Shown here piece by piece: positions 58,970 through 64,000 of a DNA stretch of 64,000 nt. Position numbers and translations under genes: made by a program. The notes under the pieces were generated by a model that made no database searches, had not been told where the DNA came from, and saw nothing but the letters and a program-made list of their open reading frames with translations. Positions within the stretch are counted from its first letter, which is position 1; every line of letters begins with the position of its first letter. The stretch is from an uncultured Bacteroidota bacterium (GTDB lineage Bacteria > Bacteroidota > Bacteroidia > JABEUT01): the NCBI GenBank assembly GCA_963767125.1, contig CAVYDB010000001.1, positions 10,855 through 74,854 on the forward strand, in the 5' to 3' direction.

Positions 58970-59244
58970 ATGGGACTTTTTTTTGAATGGGATAATAGCA
59001 AAGCGGAGTCAAACATCATTAAACACAAAGTATCATTTGAAGAAGCATCTACCATTTTCGCGGATTTTCGTTCCCTCACTATAAATGACCCCGGACATTC
59101 AATAAGAGAAAAAGATATATTACCATCGGACAATCGGCTACTCAGCGTTTATTAGTTGTAATTTATACTGAGCGTGCGGAAAAAATAAGAATTATTAGCG
59201 CCCGAAGGGCATCAACCAAAGAAAAACAACAATATGAAAAATAA
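58970..59244 (+). CDS. brnT: BrnT-family toxin (DUF497), frameshifted in an A-run at about 59110
   Basis: FEWD..KA..N..KH.VSFEEA..IF.D; adding one A gives EKRYITIGQS...LLVVIYTER...IRIISARRAS.KE...YEK. Confidence 0.8.
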
Positions 59245-59446
59245 ATCACAAGCGGAAATGTTGCCGGAATATGATTTCAGTAAAGGGAAGCGGGGAAAAT
59301 ATGCCAAACAATATGCCAAAGGAACAAACATTATTGTTCTTGCTCCTGATGTAGCAAAAGATTTTCCAAACTCCAGCATTGTAAACGAAACCTTACGGGC
59401 AGTAGCTAAAATTATACACCGTTCGGAAAAGCATAGCGTTGCATAG
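59234..59446 (+). CDS. BrnA-like antitoxin
   Basis: EMLPEYDFSKGKRGKY, LAPDVA..FP....VNE.LR; overlaps the brnT end. Confidence 0.8.
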   Translation: MKNKSQAEMLPEYDFSKGKRGKYAKQYAKGTNIIVLAPDVAKDFPNSSIVNETLRAVAKIIHRSEKHSVA

Positions 59447-59810
59447 GTGCTGTTTCACTTGTGAAACTTCCTCTAAATGGAGAATCCACCCGTAATTCAG
59501 GATATTTTGAACGAATTGAAAATAACTGATCAAAAAATTGACATGGGAGGTATTGGCTATAATGTACATATGCAAGTAGCAGATTTTGAATAAAGTTTAA
59601 TAACCCGAATAAGGGGCAAGTATATTAAAATCAAGCCCCATCTGAGAATATCAGTACGTTCGAAAAGCTCCGCCGATTAACAAGCGCCGATATCCTAACT
59701 GTTCCTTCGGTGGAAAATACATGTTGCCAAATTATAAATGGGGTTACCACCCCGTCCTTCCAATATTTAGCCCCATGGTGAATAATTTCCTACTTTTGTA
59801 AAGAATTACC

Positions 59811-60035
59811 ATGAAACCTTATCTTAACATTATAACAATTGACCCGCAAAAGCGTTTCGGTCAGCCTTGTGTAAGGGGTATGCGTATTACAGTATATGAT
59901 GTGCTGAACTGGCTTGCAAACGGTATGACTAAAGAGAACATTATTTCGGATTACCCTGAACTTACCATGGAGGAGATTAATGCCTGCCTGTCTTTTGCTG
60001 CCGACCGCGAACACAACATAAGGGTTGTTTCGTGA
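59811..60035 (+). CDS. DUF433 antitoxin (VapB45-like)
   Basis: ITIDP..RFGQPCVRGMRITVYDVL.WLA.GM....I..DYPELT.E.I.ACL.FAA. Confidence 0.9.
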   Translation: MKPYLNIITIDPQKRFGQPCVRGMRITVYDVLNWLANGMTKENIISDYPELTMEEINACLSFAADREHNIRVVS

Positions 60036-60295
60036 AACTTCTTTTCGACCAAAATATTTCCTATAAGATTGTCGCTAAACTTAACCAGTATTTTCCCGGC
60101 TCAAAGCATGTAAAAGAAGCCAATTTGCATGAAGCATCAGACAAGGAGATTTGGGAATATGCCAAAACGAATTCTTTCACCAATATAAGCCACGATGCCG
60201 ATTTCAGTAATCTTTCATCCTTCTTAATCATTCCGAGGCTATTAAAGACTTTATTTCCGGTAAAGAGTTTGAAAGTGTGGGATGCATGGAACTAA
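60032..60295 (+). pseudogene. DUF5615/VapC45-like PIN toxin, C-terminally damaged
   Basis: MKLLFDQNIS, HV, ASD.EIWEYAK, HDADF; the usual PPK..WL..GN segment is absent. Confidence 0.65.
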
Positions 60296-60584
60296 TAAAC
60301 ATGAGAATAGTGTAGCGTTTTTCTTGTTTAACCCCAATTGAGCCTCTCCTAACCCCACCCTCATTCCGTTTTCTTCATCTTCTCTTCATCCAGATATACA
60401 AAATTGTCTCCTGTTGCATTTTGTTATCTAATTATGAAGTTAAAATAAAATCTCCGGTTGTACGTTTTATGATTAGCCGCCGAAATTAAACAAAATCAGC
60501 CTGCCACCTACGAAATAATTATTCTTGATTTATTAACATTTTTTAGTTCAAAAATCCAACCATCTTGACCTATCAAACGTATAT

Positions 60585-63218
60585 ATGAATGAACTACCTT
60601 TGAACCGTTATTTAAAATATGAACCAACCATAAACTATATGGAAGCCAAATTTTCACCAAGAGTTAAAGATGTAATATCCTACAGCCGCGAGGAAGCACT
60701 GAGGCTGGGACACGACTATATAGGCACCGAACATTTACTGCTCGGAATTATCCGGGAAGGAGAGGGAGTGGCTGTTCAACTCCTTAAAAAATTGGGAGTT
60801 GATACCGGCGACCTCCGTAAAACCGTAGAGAACTATGCTCCGGCTACCAACAAAAAAATTAATCACCTTGCTAATATCCCCTTGGTAAAACAAGCTGAAA
60901 AAGCCCTGAAGATTACCTATCTAGAAGCAAAATATTTCAAAAGCCTGGTAATTGGAACTGAGCATTTGCTGCTTGCTATCCTGAAAGATGAAGACAGCGT
61001 GGCAGCCAAAGCCCTGAATGTTTTTAATGTGAGTTATGAATCATTCCGCCAGGAATTGGAGATGTATAAAATAAGCCCGAAAGCTGAATCACCCAATACT
61101 CCTGCCGACGATGATGATGACGATGAAGAAGGTTCAGCTATGGGTGGCGCAGGTGGAGGCGGCACCGGTGCGCCAGGCAAACGTGCCACATCGGAATCAA
61201 AATCGAAGACCCCTGTCCTTGATAACTTCGGCAGAGATTTAACCCGCATGGCGGAAGATGGCAAGTTAGACCCTATCGTAGGAAGGGAAAAAGAAATTGA
61301 ACGGGTATCGCAAATATTAAGCCGCCGGAAAAAGAACAATCCTATATTAATCGGTGAACCGGGTGTGGGTAAATCAGCTATTGCAGAAGGGTTGGCAATC
61401 CGCATTGTACAGAAGAAAGTATCGCAGGTTGCTTATTCAACAAAAGAGTTGTAACACTTGATCTTGCTGCTCTTGTAGCCGGTACAAAATACCGCGGGCA
61501 GTTTGAAGAACGTATGAAAGCCGTGTTGAATGAACTGGAAAAAACTCCTGACATTATTTTATTTATAGATGAAATTCATACCTTGATTGGTGCAGGTGGA
61601 GCATCCGGTTCGTTGGATGCTTCCAATATGTTTAAACCTGCTCTTGCAAGAGGAGAAATTCAATGTATTGGCGCTACCACATTAGATGAATACCGCCAGT
61701 ATATTGAAAAAGATGGCGCTTTGGAAAGAAGGTTCCAAAAGGTATTGGTTGAACCGACCATCTCCGGATGAAACCATACAGATATTAAACAATATTAAGT
61801 CGAAGTATGAGGAACACCATAATGTTACTTATACCGATGAAGCTATTAAAGCCTGCGTTTATCTTACTAACCGCTACATTAATGACCGTCACTTGCCCGA
61901 TAAGGCTATTGATGCGTTGGATGAAGCAGGTGCACGGGTGCACATTACCAATATTAATGTACCCCAGCATGTAATTGAACTTAGAAAAGAAAATGGAACT
62001 GCTGAAAGAAGAAAAGAATAAAGCAGTGCATAATCAGAAATATGAAGAAGCTGCCCGATTGCGAGATAATGAAAGGCTATTGAATGAACAATTGGAAACT
62101 GCTAAGAAAACCTGGGAAGAAGAAACCAAATCGCACCGTGAAGTGGTGAGTGAAGCCAATGTAGCCGAAGTAGTGGCTATGATGACAGGTGTTCCTGTTC
62201 AGCGTATTGCAGAGCATGAAAGCGCACGTCTATCCAAGATGGATGAGGAACTGAGTGGCAGGGTTGTTGGACAAGATGATGCCGTAAAGAAAGTTAGTCC
62301 GTGCCATTCAACGTAACCGTGCAGGATTAAAAGACCCAAACAAACCGATTGGTTCCTTTATATTCTTAGGGCCTACAGGAGTTGGTAAAACCCAATTGGC
62401 AAAAGTTATCTCCAGCTATTTGTTTGATAAAGACGATGCCCTTATCCGTATAGATATGAGTGAATATATGGAGAAATTTGCTGTATCGCGGCTTGTGGGC
62501 GCTCCTCCGGGATATGTAGGATATGAAGAAGGCGGACAACTGACCGAAAAGGTCCGAAATCACCCTTACTCTGTGGTATTGTTGGATGAAATTGAAAAAG
62601 CTCACCCGGATGTATTCAATCTGTTATTGCAAGTATTGGATGACGGTCAATTAACCGATAGTCTTGGCAGAAAGATAGATTTTAAGAATACCATTATTAT
62701 AATGACTTCCAATATTGGCTCACGCCAGTTGAAAGATTTTGGACAGAGGTGTTGGATTCAATACTACAGCTAAACAAGAAACCGCTGAAGAAATTGACAA
62801 AGGGGTAATTGAAAGCGCATTGCGTAAAACGTTTGCTCCGGAATTTCTAAACCGGGTTGATGATGTAGTGATATTTAATTCACTTACTAAAGAAAGCATG
62901 CACCAGATTATTGAACTGGAATTGGAAGGCTTATATCAGCGTGTGGAAAGGATTGGCTACATCGTTAAAATATCGAAAGAAGCTAAGGACTTTATTGTCA
63001 CCAAAGGCTTTGATTCACAATTCGGCGCACGTCCGTTGAAGAGAGCTATTCAGAAATATCTCGAAGACCCGCTCGCAGAAGAAATTATTAAAGCCGGAGT
63101 GTCGGAAGGTGATATAGTAAATGTAGATTATGATAAAGCCAAAGACGACATTAAGATAAAAGTGACCAAATCGAAATCGAGCAAAAAGAACAAGAACGAA
63201 GAAGAGGCGAAAAGCTAA
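60585..63218 (+). CDS. clpC: ATP-dependent Clp protease ATP-binding subunit ClpC (several apparent frameshifts; probable start ATG 60639)
   Basis: Clp-N GTEHLLL x2, [18 protein letters not shown]-like middle domain, [33 protein letters not shown]. Confidence 0.93.
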
Positions 63219-63253
63219 CAGAATTAAGAATTCAGATTTAGAATTTGAGATTT
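63219..63253. repeat. Degenerate heptamer repeat after clpC
   Basis: CAGAATT AAGAATT CAGATTT AGAATTT GAGATTT. Confidence 0.5.
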
Positions 63254-63256
63254 ATA

Positions 63257-63292
63257 AAAGGCAGGTTGGTGAAAATTGACCTGCTTTTTTTA
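63257..63292 (+). terminator. Rho-independent terminator after clpC
   Basis: GCAGGTTGG-TGAAAA-TTGACCTGC followed by a T-run. Confidence 0.7.
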
Positions 63293-63302
63293 TTTTATAA
63301 AA

Positions 63303-64000
63303 TCATTCCGTTTTCGTAACCCTGTAAATATTCCAAAATTGGTAGTTTCTTTGGAAGTGCCGGGTAATGAAATCTGAGACCCAAACCGGGTAATAGCTAT
63401 AAACCTTTATAGTCTTATACCCTTGAATAGTATCTTTAATAATTACTCCGCTTTCATCAAAGTAATAAGCAGTATCAAGGTGATTTGTTTGCAAGGATTC
63501 TCCTATTTGGTTAGGATTGGTTAAAACTACCGGTTTAATGTTAGGGTTTTTATAGAAACTTTTATTGGTCATTAGCCAGAGATAGTCATTATGAAAGGGT
63601 AAAACAAAGAGAGTCGTGTTTTTTTCGGGGACATTGTTGTACAAAAACCGGCAGTAATTTACCGCCATCTTTGCCGGGGTGAAAGTGCAGTATGCAAAAA
63701 GAGGTATTATGATAAGCAATGAAATGGCATAAATGTATTTATGGAACTTTAGGTAGGTTTTATTCGTCAAAAGATAATCAAGCCCCAACGCGCAAGCGTA
63801 AATGAAAATAAATGTAACCGGAAACATAAACCGCAGTTCTTTATGCCTGATGATAGAATGGATAATAATAAATGGAACAATTGCCCATACAAAAGGGTCT
63901 CTGAGGTTTTTATGAACTCCAACAGCAAAAAAGAAGAGGAGAAAAAGACTGATAGGAGGAATCAATTGGATGATAGATTGGGAAATAAAGAACCAGGGGT
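63303..64000 (-). CDS. Alg9/PIG-B-like GT-C mannosyltransferase, C-terminal part (5' truncated by window edge)
   Basis: TM helices and HS.I.HKELRFMFP motif. Confidence 0.7.
   Translation of the reverse strand, partial: PWFFISQSIIQLIPPISLFLLFFFAVGVHKNLRDPFVWAIVPFIIIHSIIRHKELRFMFPVTFIFIYACALGLDYLLTNKTYLKFHKYIYAISLLIIIPLFAYCTFTPAKMAVNYCRFLYNNVPEKNTTLFVLPFHNDYLWLMTNKSFYKNPNIKPVVLTNPNQIGESLQTNHLDTAYYFDESGVIIKDTIQGYKTIKVYSYYPVWVSDFITRHFQRNYQFWNIYRVTKTE

Noticed and set aside
1064-62605. Numerous short antisense or overlapping ORFs in the ORF track
   Set aside because: They are shadows of longer, motif-supported genes.
60585-63218. clpC as a decayed pseudogene or multi-gene operon
   Set aside because: About six single-base insertions with no amino-acid decay is an error pattern, not neutral decay.
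1-64000. tRNA, rRNA or known riboswitch genes
   Set aside because: None recognised by eye; a covariance-model search would be needed to exclude small RNAs.

Overview
Chromosomal window from a Bacteroidota genome, as shown by TAnnTTTG -7 promoter boxes, T9SS C-terminal domains and Bacteroidota-type lpxA/dnaN/gyrA/clpC. It is probably a long-read or MAG consensus, because several housekeeping genes (transketolase C-subunit, a VWA gene, gyrA, brnT, clpC) carry single-base indels. The backbone includes a tandem array of four TMTC-like (GT-C + TPR) glycosyltransferase paralogues with a sulfotransferase, a CHASE3-PAS kinase with a REC-Crp regulator, a RAYT with its REP array, an IS200-like tnpA pseudogene with an empty twin element, ychF, dnaN, radC, wecB, gyrA, two toxin-antitoxin pairs and clpC. 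The main discovery is a 21,869-bp element (32807-54675) bounded by 15-bp terminal inverted repeats and an 8-bp direct repeat. It sits exactly in the centre of a REP palindrome, and its only recognisable mobility gene is one IS1380-family transposase. Its cargo is a type II CBASS anti-phage system (Cap15-like 2TM effector, CD-NTase, Cap2, Cap3) with a divergent CapH/CapP-like regulator pair, a LytTR-preceded T9SS subtilase + serpin + NHL module, two XRE regulators, a DUF2130-like gene and several orphan genes. Family assignments are from motif recognition only; no searches were run.
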